Positions 45,170-56,931 of a stretch of 64,000 nt of DNA are shown here, piece by piece. The notes beneath the pieces are model-generated. The model saw only the letters and a list, made by a program, of their open reading frames with translations. It was not told where the DNA came from and did not search any database. The stretch is from Auanema rhodensis (taxonomy: Eukaryota; Animalia; Nematoda), in assembly GCA_964057225.1 (NCBI GenBank), contig OZ059898.1, positions 1,426,001-1,490,000 of the forward strand. The letters are read 5' to 3'. Positions within the stretch are counted from its first letter, which is position 1, and every line of letters starts with the position of its first letter. The position numbers and the translations under genes were made by a program.

Positions 45170-48100
45170 AAATGCACCGAGATATCAACTGATATAAGTT
45201 CACACTTATATCCTCGATTTTCACCCTGAAGAATTAATTTTTTCGTTGAATAACATTCTCCATCGTCTTTGCCTTGAAAAAAGGAATCTAAAAACATCTA
45301 CTTTTTGCTAAATTATTTCGAAATTTTTCGAAAAAATTTTTGTCAAAATGTTTTTGGAAGCAATGTTGAGTGTACATAGAAACTCAACATACACTAATGC
45401 ATCATTTTTCAAACGATCATAACTAATTTTTGTATTAAGCGTTTCTCAATGTAGTATAGTGCATTCGATGCGGATTTTTAAGTTGCGTCGATCTGTGTTA
45501 TCAGATTTGCGCTAGCTTAAAAATGCACCGAGATATTAACTGATATAAGTTCACACTTATATCCTCGATTTTCACCCTGAAGAATTAATTTTTTCGTTGA
45601 ATAACATTGTCCATCGTCTTTGCCTTGAAAAAAGGAATCTAAAAACATCTACTTTTTGCTAAATTATTTTGAAATTTTTCGAAAAAATTTTTGTCAAAAT
45701 GTTTTTGGAAGCAATGTTGAGTGTACATGGAAACTCAACATACACTAATGCATCATTTTTCAAACGATCATAACTAATTTTTGTATCAAGCATTTCTCAA
45801 TGTAGTATAGTGCATTCGATGCGGATTTTTAAGCTGCGTCGATCTGTGTTATCAGATTTGCGCTAGCTTAAAAATGCACCGAGATATCAACTGATATAAG
45901 TTCACACTTATATCCTCGATTTTCACCCTGAAGAATTAATTTTTTCGTTGAATAACATTGTCCATCGTCTTTGCCTTGAAAAAAGGAATCTAAAAACATC
46001 TACTTTTTGCTAAATTATCTTGAAATTTTTCGAAAAAATTTTTGTCAAAATGTTTTTGGAAGCAATGTTGAGTGTACATGGAAACTAAACATACACTAAT
46101 GCATCATTTTTCAAACGATCATAACTAATTTTTGTATTAAGTGTTTCTCAATGTAGTATAATGCATTCGATGCGGGTTTTAAGCTGCGTCGATCTGTGTT
46201 ATCAGATTTGCGCTAGCTTAAAAATGCACCGAGATATCAACTGATATAAGTTCACACTTATATCCTCGATTTTCACCCTGAAGAATTAATTTTTTCGTTG
46301 AATAACATTGTCCATCGTCTTTGCCTTGAAAAAAGGAATCTAAAAACATCTACTTTTTGCTAAATTATTTTGAAATTTTTCGAAAAAATTTTTGTCAAAA
46401 TGTTTTTGGAAGCAATGTTGAGTGTACATGGAAACTCAACATACACTAATGCATCATTTTTCAAACGATCATTACTAATTTTTGTATTAAGCATTTCTCA
46501 ATGTAGTATAGTGCATTCGATGCGGATTTTTAAGCTGCGTCGATCTGTGTTATCAGATTTGCGCTAGCTTAAAAATGCACCGAGATATCAACTGATATAA
46601 GTTCACACTTATATCCTCGATTTTCACCCTGAAGAATTAATTTTTTCGTTGAATAACATTCTCCATCGTCTTTGCCTTGAAAAAAGGAATCTAAAAACAT
46701 CTACTTTTTGCTAAATTATTTCGAAATTTTTCGAAAAAATTTTTGTCAAAATGTTTTTGGAAGCAATGTTGAGTGTACATAGAAACTCAACATACACTAA
46801 TGCATCATTTTTCAAACGATCATAACTAATTTTTGTATTAAGCGTTTCTCAATGTAGTATAGTGCATTCGATGCGGATTTTTAAGTTGCGTCGATCTGTG
46901 TTATCAGATTTGCGCTAGCTTAAAAATGCACCGAGATATTAACTGATATAAGTTCACACTTATATCCTCGATTTTCACCCTGAAGAATTAATTTTTTCGT
47001 TGAATAACATTCTCCATCGTCTTTGCCTTGAAAAAAGGAATCTAAAAACATCTACTTTTTGCTAAATTATTTCGAAATTTTTCGAAAAAATTTTTGTCAA
47101 AATGTTTTTGGAAGCAATGTTGAGTGTACATAGAAACTCAACATACACTAATGCATCATTTTTCAAACGATCATAACTAATTTTTGTATTAAGCGTTTCT
47201 CAATGTAGTATAGTGCATTCGATGCGGATTTTTAAGTTGCGTCGATCTGTGTTATCAGATTTGCGCTAGCTTAAAAATGCACCGAGATATTAACTGATAT
47301 AAGTTCACACTTATATCCTCGATTTTCACCCTGAAGAATTAATTTTTTCGTTGAATAACATTGTCCATCGTCTTTGCCTTGAAAAAAGGAATCTAAAAAC
47401 ATCTACTTTTTGCTAAATTATTTTGAAATTTTTCGAAAAAATTTTTGTCAAAATGTTTTTGGAAGCAATGTTGAGTGTACATGGAAACTCAACATACACT
47501 AATGCATCATTTTTCAAACGATCATAACTAATTTTTGTATCAAGCATTTCTCAATGTAGTATAGTGCATTCGATGCGGATTTTTAAGCTGCGTCGATCTG
47601 TATTATCAGATTTGCGCTAGCTTAAAAATGCACCGAGATATCAACTGATATAAGTTCACACTTATATCCTCGATTTTCACCCTGAAGAATTAATTTTTTC
47701 GTTGAATAACATTGTCCATCGTCTTTGCCTTGAAAAAAGGAATCTAAAAACATCTACTTTTTGCTAAATTATCTTGAAATTTTTCGAAAAAATTTTTGTC
47801 AAAATGTTTTTGGAAGCAATGTTGAGTGTACATGGAAACTCAACATACACTAATGCATCATTTTTCAAACGATCATAACTAATTTTTGTATTAAGTGTTT
47901 CTCAATGTAGTATAATGCATTCGATGCGGGTTTTAAGCTGCGTCGATCTGTGTTATCAGATTTGCGCTAGCTTAAAAATGCACCGAGATATCAACTGATA
48001 TAAGTTCACACTTATATCCTCGATTTTCACCCTGAAGAATTAATTTTTTCGTTGAATAACATTGTCCATCGTCTTTGCCTTGAAAAAAGGAATCTAAAAA

Positions 48101-51100
48101 CATCTACTTTTTGCTAAATTATTTTGAAATTTTTCGAAAAAATTTTTGTCAAAATGTTTTTGGAAGCAATGTTGAGTGTACATAGAAACTCAACATACAC
48201 TAATGCATCATTTTTCAAACGATCATAACTAATTTTTGTATTAAGCGTTTCTCAATGTAGTATAGTGCATTCGATGCGGATTTTTAAGTTGCGTCGATCT
48301 GTGTTATCAGATTTGCGCTAGCTTAAAAATGCACCGAGATATTAACTGATATAAGTTCACACTTATATCCTCGATTTTCACCCTGAAGAATTAATTTTTT
48401 CGTTGAATAACATTGTCCATCGTCTTTGCCTTGAAAAAAGGAATCTAAAAACATCTACTTTTTGCTAAATTATTTTGAAATTTTTCGAAAAAATTTTTGT
48501 CAAAATGTTTTTGGAAGCAATGTTGAGTGTACATGGAAACTCAACATACACTAATGCATCATTTTTCAAACGATCATAACTAATTTTTGTATTAAGCATT
48601 TCTCAATGTAGTATAGTGCATTCGATGCGGATTTTTAAGCTGCGTCGATCTGTGTTATCAGATTTGCGCTAGCTTAAAAATGCACCGAGATATCAACTGA
48701 TATAAGTTCACACTTATATCCTCGATTTTCACCCTGAAGAATTAATTTTTTCGTTGAATAACATTGTCCATCGTCTTTGCCTTGAAAAAAGGAATCTAAA
48801 AACATCTACTTTTTGCTAAATTATTTCGAAATTTTTCGAAAAAATTTTTGTCAAAATAGTTTGGAAGCAATGTTGAGTGTACATGGAAACTCAACATACA
48901 CTAATGCATCATTTTTCAAACGATCATAACTAAATTTTGTATTAAGCGTTTCTCAATGTAGTATAGTGCATTCGATGCGGATTTTTAAGCTGCGTCGATC
49001 TGTGTTATCAGATTTGCGCTAGCTTAAAAATGCACCGAGATATTAACTGATATAAGTTCACACTTATATCCTCGATTTTCACCCTGAAGAATTAATTTTT
49101 TCGTTGAATAACATTGTCCATCGTCTTTGCCTTGAAAAAAGGAATCTGAATACATCTACTTTTTGCTAAATTATTTTGAAATTTTTCGAAAAAATTTTTG
49201 TCAAAATGTTTTTGGAAGCAATGTTGAGTGTACATGGAGACTCAACATACACTAATGCATCATTTTTCAAACGATCATAACTAATTTTTGTATTAAGCGT
49301 TTCTCAATGTAGTATAGTGCATTCGATGCGGATTTTTAAGCTGCGTCGATCTGTGTTATCAGATTTGCGCTTGCTTAAAAATGCACCGAGATATCAACTG
49401 ATATAAGTTCACACTTATATCCTCGATTTTCACCCTGAAGAATTAATTTTTTCGTTGAATAACATTGTCCATCGTCTTTGCCTTGAAAAAAGGAATCTAA
49501 AAACATCTACTTTTTGCTAAATTATTTTGAAATTTTTCGAAAAAATTTTTGTCAAAATGTTTTTGGAAGCAATGTTGAGTGAACATGGAAACTCAACATA
49601 CACTAATGCATCATTTTTCAAACGATCATAACTAATTTTTGTATTAAGCGTTTCTCAATGTAGTATAGTGCATTCGATGCGGATTTTTAAGCTGCGTCGA
49701 TCTGTGTTATCAGATTTGCGCTTGCTTAAAAATGCACCGAGATATCAACTGATATAAGTTCACACTTATATCCTCGATTTTCACCCTGAAGAATTAATTT
49801 TTTCGTTGAATAACATTCTCCATCGTCTTTGCCTTGAAAAAAGGAATCTAAAAACATCTACTTTTTGCTAAATTATTTCGAAATTTTTCGAAAAAATTTT
49901 TGTCAAAATGTTTTTGGAAGCAATGTTGAGTGTACATAGAAACTCAACATACACTAATGCATCATTTTTCAAACGATCATAACTAATTTTTGTATTAAGC
50001 GTTTCTCAATGTAGTATAGTGCATTCGATGCGGATTTTTAAGTTGCGTCGATCTGTGTTATCAGATTTGCGCTAGCTTAAAAATGCACCGAGATATTAAC
50101 TGATATAAGTTCACACTTATATCCTCGATTTTCACCCTGAAGAATTAATTTTTTCGTTGAATAACATTGTCCATCGTCTTTGCCTTGAAAAAAGGAATCT
50201 AAAAACATCTACTTTTTGCTAAATTATTTTGAAATTTTTCGAAAAAATTTTTGTCAAAATGTTTTTGGAAGCAATGTTGAGTGTACATGGAAACTCAACA
50301 TACACTAATGCATCATTTTTCAAACGATCATAACTAATTTTTGTATCAAGCATTTCTCAATGTAGTATAGTGCATTCGATGCGGATTTTTAAGCTGCGTC
50401 GATCTGTGTTATCAGATTTGCGCTAGCTTAAAAATGCACCGAGATATCAACTGATATAAGTTCACACTTATATCCTCGATTTTCACCCTGAAGAATTAAT
50501 TTTTTCGTTGAATAACATTGTCCATCGTCTTTGCCTTGAAAAAAGGAATCTAAAAACATCTACTTTTTGCTAAATTATCTTGAAATTTTTCGAAAAAATT
50601 TTTGTCAAAATGTTTTTGGAAGCAATGTTGAGTGTACATGGAAACTAAACATACACTAATGCATCATTTTTCAAACGATCATAACTAATTTTTGTATTAA
50701 GTGTTTCTCAATGTAGTATAATGCATTCGATGCGGGTTTTAAGCTGCGTCGATCTGTGTTATCAGATTTGCGCTAGCTTAAAAATGCACCGAGATATCAA
50801 CTGATATAAGTTCACACTTATATCCTCGATTTTCACCCTGAAGAATTAATTTTTTCGTTGAATAACATTGTCCATCGTCTTTGCCTTGAAAAAAGGAATC
50901 TAAAAACATCTACTTTTTGCTAAATTATTTTGAAATTTTTCGAAAAAATTTTTGTCAAAATGTTTTTGGAAGCAATGTTGAGTGTACATGGAAACTCAAC
51001 ATACACTAATGCATCATTTTTCAAACGATCATTACTAATTTTTGTATTAAGCATTTCTCAATGTAGTATAGTGCATTCGATGCGGATTTTTAAGCTGCGT

Positions 51101-54012
51101 CGATCTGTGTTATCAGATTTGCGCTAGCTTAAAAATGCACCGAGATATCAACTGATATAAGTTCACACTTATATCCTCGATTTTCACCCTGAAGAATTAA
51201 TTTTTTCGTTGAATAACATTCTCCATCGTCTTTGCCTTGAAAAAAGGAATCTAAAAACATCTACTTTTTGCTAAATTATTTCGAAATTTTTCGAAAAAAT
51301 TTTTGTCAAAATGTTTTTGGAAGCAATGTTGAGTGTACATAGAAACTCAACATACACTAATGCATCATTTTTCAAACGATCATAACTAATTTTTGTATTA
51401 AGCGTTTCTCAATGTAGTATAGTGCATTCGATGCGGATTTTTAAGTTGCGTCGATCTGTGTTATCAGATTTGCGCTAGCTTAAAAATGCACCGAGATATT
51501 AACTGATATAAGTTCACACTTATATCCTCGATTTTCACCCTGAAGAATTAATTTTTTCGTTGAATAACATTCTCCATCGTCTTTGCCTTGAAAAAAGGAA
51601 TCTAAAAACATCTACTTTTTGCTAAATTATTTCGAAATTTTTCGAAAAAATTTTTGTCAAAATGTTTTTGGAAGCAATGTTGAGTGTACATAGAAACTCA
51701 ACATACACTAATGCATCATTTTTCAAACGATCATAACTAATTTTTGTATTAAGCGTTTCTCAATGTAGTATAGTGCATTCGATGCGGATTTTTAAGTTGC
51801 GTCGATCTGTGTTATCAGATTTGCGCTAGCTTAAAAATGCACCGAGATATTAACTGATATAAGTTCACACTTATATCCTCGATTTTCACCCTGAAGAATT
51901 AATTTTTTCGTTGAATAACATTGTCCATCGTCTTTGCCTTGAAAAAAGGAATCTAAAAACATCTACTTTTTGCTAAATTATTTTGAAATTTTTCGAAAAA
52001 ATTTTTGTCAAAATGTTTTTGGAAGCAATGTTGAGTGTACATGGAAACTCAACATACACTAATGCATCATTTTTCAAACGATCATAACTAATTTTTGTAT
52101 CAAGCATTTCTCAATGTAGTATAGTGCATTCGATGCGGATTTTTAAGCTGCGTCGATCTGTATTATCAGATTTGCGCTAGCTTAAAAATGCACCGAGATA
52201 TCAACTGATATAAGTTCACACTTATATCCTCGATTTTCACCCTGAAGAATTAATTTTTTCGTTGAATAACATTGTCCATCGTCTTTGCCTTGAAAAAAGG
52301 AATCTAAAAACATCTACTTTTTGCTAAATTATCTTGAAATTTTTCGAAAAAATTTTTGTCAAAATGTTTTTGGAAGCAATGTTGAGTGTACATGGAAACT
52401 CAACATACACTAATGCATCATTTTTCAAACGATCATAACTAATTTTTGTATTAAGTGTTTCTCAATGTAGTATAATGCATTCGATGCGGGTTTTAAGCTG
52501 CGTCGATCTGTGTTATCAGATTTGCGCTAGCTTAAAAATGCACCGAGATATCAACTGATATAAGTTCACACTTATATCCTCGATTTTCACCCTGAAGAAT
52601 TAATTTTTTCGTTGAATAACATTGTCCATCGTCTTTGCCTTGAAAAAAGGAATCTAAAAACATCTACTTTTTGCTAAATTATTTTGAAATTTTTCGAAAA
52701 AATTTTTGTCAAAATGTTTTTGGAAGCAATGTTGAGTGTACATAGAAACTCAACATACACTAATGCATCATTTTTCAAACGATCATAACTAATTTTTGTA
52801 TTAAGCGTTTCTCAATGTAGTATAGTGCATTCGATGCGGATTTTTAAGTTGCGTCGATCTGTGTTATCAGATTTGCGCTAGCTTAAAAATGCACCGAGAT
52901 ATTAACTGATATAAGTTCACACTTATATCCTCGATTTTCACCCTGAAGAATTAATTTTTTCGTTGAATAACATTGTCCATCGTCTTTGCCTTGAAAAAAG
53001 GAATCTAAAAACATCTACTTTTTGCTAAATTATTTTGAAATTTTTCGAAAAAATTTTTGTCAAAATGTTTTTGGAAGCAATGTTGAGTGTACATGGAAAC
53101 TCAACATACACTAATGCATCATTTTTCAAACGATCATAACTAATTTTTGTATTAAGCATTTCTCAATGTAGTATAGTGCATTCGATGCGGATTTTTAAGC
53201 TGCGTCGATCTGTGTTATCAGATTTGCGCTAGCTTAAAAATGCACCGAGATATCAACTGATATAAGTTCACACTTATATCCTCGATTTTCACCCTGAAGA
53301 ATTAATTTTTTCGTTGAATAACATTGTCCATCGTCTTTGCCTTGAAAAAAGGAATCTAAAAACATCTACTTTTTGCTAAATTATTTCGAAATTTTTCGAA
53401 AAAATTTTTGTCAAAATAGTTTGGAAGCAATGTTGAGTGTACATGGAAACTCAACATACACTAATGCATCATTTTTCAAACGATCATAACTAAATTTTGT
53501 ATTAAGCGTTTCTCAATGTAGTATAGTGCATTCGATGCGGATTTTTAAGCTGCGTCGATCTGTGTTATCAGATTTGCGCTAGCTTAAAAATGCACCGAGA
53601 TATTAACTGATATAAGTTCACACTTATATCCTCGATTTTCACCCTGAAGAATTAATTTTTTCGTTGAATAACATTGTCCATCGTCTTTGCCTTGAAAAAA
53701 GGAATCTGAATACATCTACTTTTTGCTAAATTATTTTGAAATTTTTCGAAAAAATTTTTGTCAAAATGTTTTTGGAAGCAATGTTGAGTGTACATGGAGA
53801 CTCAACATACACTAATGCATCATTTTTCAAACGATCATAACTAATTTTTGTATTAAGCGTTTCTCAATGTAGTATAGTGCATTCGATGCGGATTTTTAAG
53901 CTGCGTCGATCTGTGTTATCAGATTTGCGCTTGCTTAAAAATGCACCGAGATATCAACTGATATAAGTTCACACTTATATCCTCGATTTTCACCCTGAAG
54001 AATTAATTTTTT
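45170..54012. repeat. Recent tandem duplication of about 13 monomers (offset 4560 bp); boundaries approximate
   Basis: Rare variants pair at an exact 4560-bp offset: gaaactaaac 46081/50641, tgtattatc about 47600/52160, aaaatagttt 48853/53413, ggaatctgaatac 49141/53701. Confidence 0.85.
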
Positions 54013-55159
54013 TGTTGAATAACATTGTCCATCGTCTTTGCCTTGAAAAAAGGAATCTAAAAACATCTACTTTTTGCTAAATTATTTTGAAATTTTTCGA
54101 AAAAATTTTTGTCAAAATGTTTTTGGAAGCAATGTTGAGTGTACATGGGAACTCAACATACACTAATGCATCATTTTTCAAACGATCATAACTAATTTTT
54201 GTATTAAGCGTTCCTCAATGTAGTATAGTGCATTCGATGCGGATTTTTAAGCTGCGTCGATCTGTGTTATCAGATTTGCGCCAGCTTGAAAATGCACCGA
54301 GATATCAACTGATATAAGTTCACACTTATATCCTCGATTTTCACCCTGAAGAATTAATTTTTTCGTTGAATAACATTGTCCATCGTCTTTGCCTTGAAAA
54401 AAGGAATCTAAAAACATCTTCTTTTTGCCAAATTATTTTGAAATTTTTCGAAAAAATTTTTGTCAAAATGTTTTTGGAAGCAATGTTGAGTGTACATGGA
54501 AACTCAACATACACTAATGCATCATTTTTCAAACGATCATAACTAATTTTTGTATTAAGCGTTTCTCAATGTAGTATAGTGCATTCGATGCGGATTTTTA
54601 AGCTGCGTCGATCTGTGTTATCAGATTTGCGCTAGCTTACAAATGCACCGAGATATCAACTGATATAAGTTCACACTTATATCCTCGATTTTCACCCTGA
54701 AGAATTAATTTTTTCGTTGAATAACATTGTCCATCGTCTTTGCCTTGAAAAAAGGAATCTAAAAACATCTACTTTTTGCTAAATTATTTTGAAATTTTTC
54801 GAAAAAATTTTTGTCAAAATGTTTTTGGAAGCAATGTTGAGTGTACATGGAAACTCAACATACACTAATGCATCATTTTTCAAACGATCATAACTAATTT
54901 TTGTATTAAGCGTTTCTCAATGTAGTATAGTGCATTCGATGCGGATTTTTAAGCTGCGTCGATCTTTGTTATCAGATTTGCGCTAGCTTAAAAATGCACC
55001 GAGATATCAACTGATATAAGTTCACACTTATATCCTCGATTTTCACCCTGAAGAATTAATTTTTTTGTTGAATAACATTGTCCATCGTCTTTGCCTTGAA
55101 AAAAGGAATCTAAAAACATCTACTTTTTGCTAAATTATTATGAAATTTTTCGAAAAAAG

Positions 55160-55194
55160 TATTCTATTTTACTAGTCTACGACGTTAAATAAGA
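55160..55194 (-). other. DIRS right extension (rE), 35 bp outside the right ITR
   Basis: tattctattttactagtctacgacgttaaataaga has no counterpart at the other terminus and is not satellite, but it is exactly complementary to part of the ICR. Confidence 0.92.
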
Positions 55195-55342
55195 ATTATA
55201 TTTATTCGAAATGCTTTATTTCGTAATAGGTCCTCACATAAAACAAACAAAAAAAAAATTCAAATTATCTCTCAGGTTCCCTTTCCCACGTTTCTTTGGG
55301 CGGGAAACAGTGAGAGTAAGCGATCGTCCTTATTCATTTCAG
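55195..55342 (-). repeat. DIRS right (3') inverted terminal repeat, 148 bp
   Basis: The + strand reads attatatttattcgaaatgc...gatcgtccttattcatttcag, an inverted match to 59440-59586. Confidence 0.95.
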
Positions 55343-55587
55343 GTGTCCAAAAAAGGAAGAATAGAAAGGCAGCATGACAATAACAAAATAAAAGAACAAT
55401 AGTAACAGAAGGAAGGAAAGGCTGCGGATAGCAGGCAGCATGCTAATTTATCTCTTGCGGTCGTAGTTGGTGCGTTGTGCAGGCTTGAATCTGGAAAGTT
55501 ATGATGAAGACATCGAAAGTGGGCGAGCTCGAGTGGAAGTCCTCAGGTTGGTTAGCGGGAGCGCAGTAGGGGTGGAGGTGGGAGATA

Positions 55588-55660
55588 TTCGAATAAATAT
55601 AATTCTTATTTAACGTCGTAGACTAGTAAAATAGAATAATTATATTTATTCGAAATGCTT
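55588..55660 (-). other. DIRS internal complementary region (ICR) with circular-junction trinucleotide at 55639-55641
   Basis: 55588-55638 is the exact reverse complement of 55160-55210 (51 bp), and 55639-55660 is the exact reverse complement of 59565-59586 (22 bp). It sits 2 nt past the YR stop codon. Confidence 0.95.
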
Positions 55661-55662
55661 CT

Positions 55663-56931
55663 TCAAAAAAGAATCTTGGACTGGAACGAGGTTCTTCGCT
55701 CATAGTGGGTGAAGAAGGTTTTTTCTGAAGCCCAGTTAGCCGCCTTGAGGATGTCGCCTATAGGTAGACCTTGCGCTAGTGCCTTCGAGGTCACAGCCGA
55801 GCGTGTTGAGTGAGCTTTGAAGGTAGTGGGTATGCCCGCGCTGTGCAGGGTCTTTCTAATCCAACCAGAAATGGTGGTGGATTCCACTGCTGCTCCATTC
55901 TTTCTGTTAAGAAAGAGGCATCTTGTTCGGCGGAGTTCCATGGTTCGAGATAGGTATTCATTTATGCAGTTAATAGGGCACAGGTTATTGCGTTTAGGGA
56001 AGTTCTCGAACTTCGCCTCATGCGGGGGTCCCTTAGATCTGTTTTTATTGCGTTTATTTATGAAGAAAGTTAACCCTTCTGCGTCGATACGCATGTGATC
56101 TAGGGAGAAAACGGCCAATTCGCTCACCCTCTTTGGAGAGCATAGGGCCAATAGAGTGGCTAGCTTGTGAGTGAGAGACTCTAGGCTGAGTTGGACGTTG
56201 GGGCCCAGCCTATCAAGGAAGTCCAAGACTTCGGAGGGGTCCCATGTGTCTACGTACCTAGCCCCTGAAGGCTTCTCTCTGAACAAACCCCTCATGAGGC
56301 GGAGGAGCAGCACGTTCTCCTTTAGGGAGGGGGAGACCCCTAGGTGATCGGCCAATGCGGATATCGCTACCTTGTGTATGCGTACTGTGGAGAAGGCCTT
56401 AGTTTGAGCGAGAAATGATAGATAGTTAGCAACCGTTACTGGGTTGGGAGTAAAAGGTATCTTCTGCTCATTGCAGTAAGCTTTCCAGTTCTTGAGAGCA
56501 CAGCCGTACTGTTTGCGTGTTCCTGGGGCCCAGGATTCGTTTAGGAGTCTCTTAATCTCTGCTGTTACTCCCTCAAAGGAGTTTGTTAAATCTTCCACGC
56601 TGCTAATTGGAAATTCGGCGACTGCAGGAGAGGATGTGGGTTTCCTTCCCGGTCGGACAGCAGGTTCGGGTGTTGGAGCAGCAAGGGAGGCTCCTTGGAT
56701 CTCTCTTGGAGTAGGGGAAACCACATTTGGCTCTTCCAGAATGGTGCTATCACTATAGCCGACCTCTGGGAGCTGGCGAGCTTTCCTAAGGTCTTGTGCA
56801 GGAGGTGGAAAGGTGGAAATACGTAAAGTAATCCGTCTGGCAGCTGCTGCCAATTGAACAAGAGTGCGTTCACTCCTAATGCGGCGCAATCTGGAAAGAA
56901 GGAGTAGAAAAGGGCGCATTTGGCGTTCCAA
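55663..56931 (-). CDS. Tyrosine recombinase (phage-integrase family, DIRS type), 422 aa; true start uncertain
   Basis: N-terminal core-binding region: SWAPGTRKQY...WKAYC...VANYLSFL...LMRGLFREKP. Catalytic set: R in SPKRVSEL (56128-56130), K in NKNR, HSTR (55801-55812), W and Y in AANWASEKTFFTHY (Tyr codon 55702-55704). It overlaps the 3' end of the pol ORF by 346 bp in another frame. Confidence 0.95.
   Translation of the reverse strand: MERQMRPFLLLLSRLRRIRSERTLVQLAAAARRITLRISTFPPPAQDLRKARQLPEVGYSDSTILEEPNVVSPTPREIQGASLAAPTPEPAVRPGRKPTSSPAVAEFPISSVEDLTNSFEGVTAEIKRLLNESWAPGTRKQYGCALKNWKAYCNEQKIPFTPNPVTVANYLSFLAQTKAFSTVRIHKVAISALADHLGVSPSLKENVLLLRLMRGLFREKPSGARYVDTWDPSEVLDFLDRLGPNVQLSLESLTHKLATLLALCSPKRVSELAVFSLDHMRIDAEGLTFFINKRNKNRSKGPPHEAKFENFPKRNNLCPINCINEYLSRTMELRRTRCLFLNRKNGAAVESTTISGWIRKTLHSAGIPTTFKAHSTRSAVTSKALAQGLPIGDILKAANWASEKTFFTHYERRTSFQSKILF

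Larger units (their letters stand above)
1..55159. repeat. Satellite DNA array, 351-bp monomer, about 157 tandem copies (left of the insertion; runs off the window start)
   Basis: The sequence at 1 (aaaaaagaaatctaaaaacatctac) recurs at 352, 703 and onward with a 351-bp period. Copies differ by a few substitutions and rare 1-bp indels, all in one orientation. The first monomer has about 107 G+C of 351 by manual count. Confidence 0.99.

Noticed and set aside
296-54532. Repeated 63-89 aa ORFs (MKNDALVYVEFP..., MKFFEKIFVKM..., MNNIVHR...) as a tandem gene family
   Set aside because: They appear only in monomers where a point variant removes a stop codon, occur on both strands over the same bases, and have no recognisable domain. 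They are chance translations of the satellite.
1-55159. CRISPR-like array or tandem rRNA/tRNA/snRNA gene cluster
   Set aside because: Whole 351-bp units repeat with no unique spacers and no cas genes. I recognise no 5S, tRNA or snRNA signature, though a covariance-model search was not possible.
55211-55402. ORF 55211-55402 and its mirror 59428-59661
   Set aside because: They are translations of the ITRs (the second is chimeric with satellite). Their shared peptide simply reflects the inverted repeat.
55343-55587. Spacer between right ITR and ICR as a separate gene or RNA
   Set aside because: It is purine-skewed with a short repeated ggcagcatg, but has no long ORF or convincing structure. 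It is best treated as the element's 3' non-coding region.
56800-56822. FPP appearing in both overlapping frames (YVFPPF and STFPPP)
   Set aside because: It is explained by a short TTCCACCT tandem repeat, with no evidence of meaning in the YR frame.
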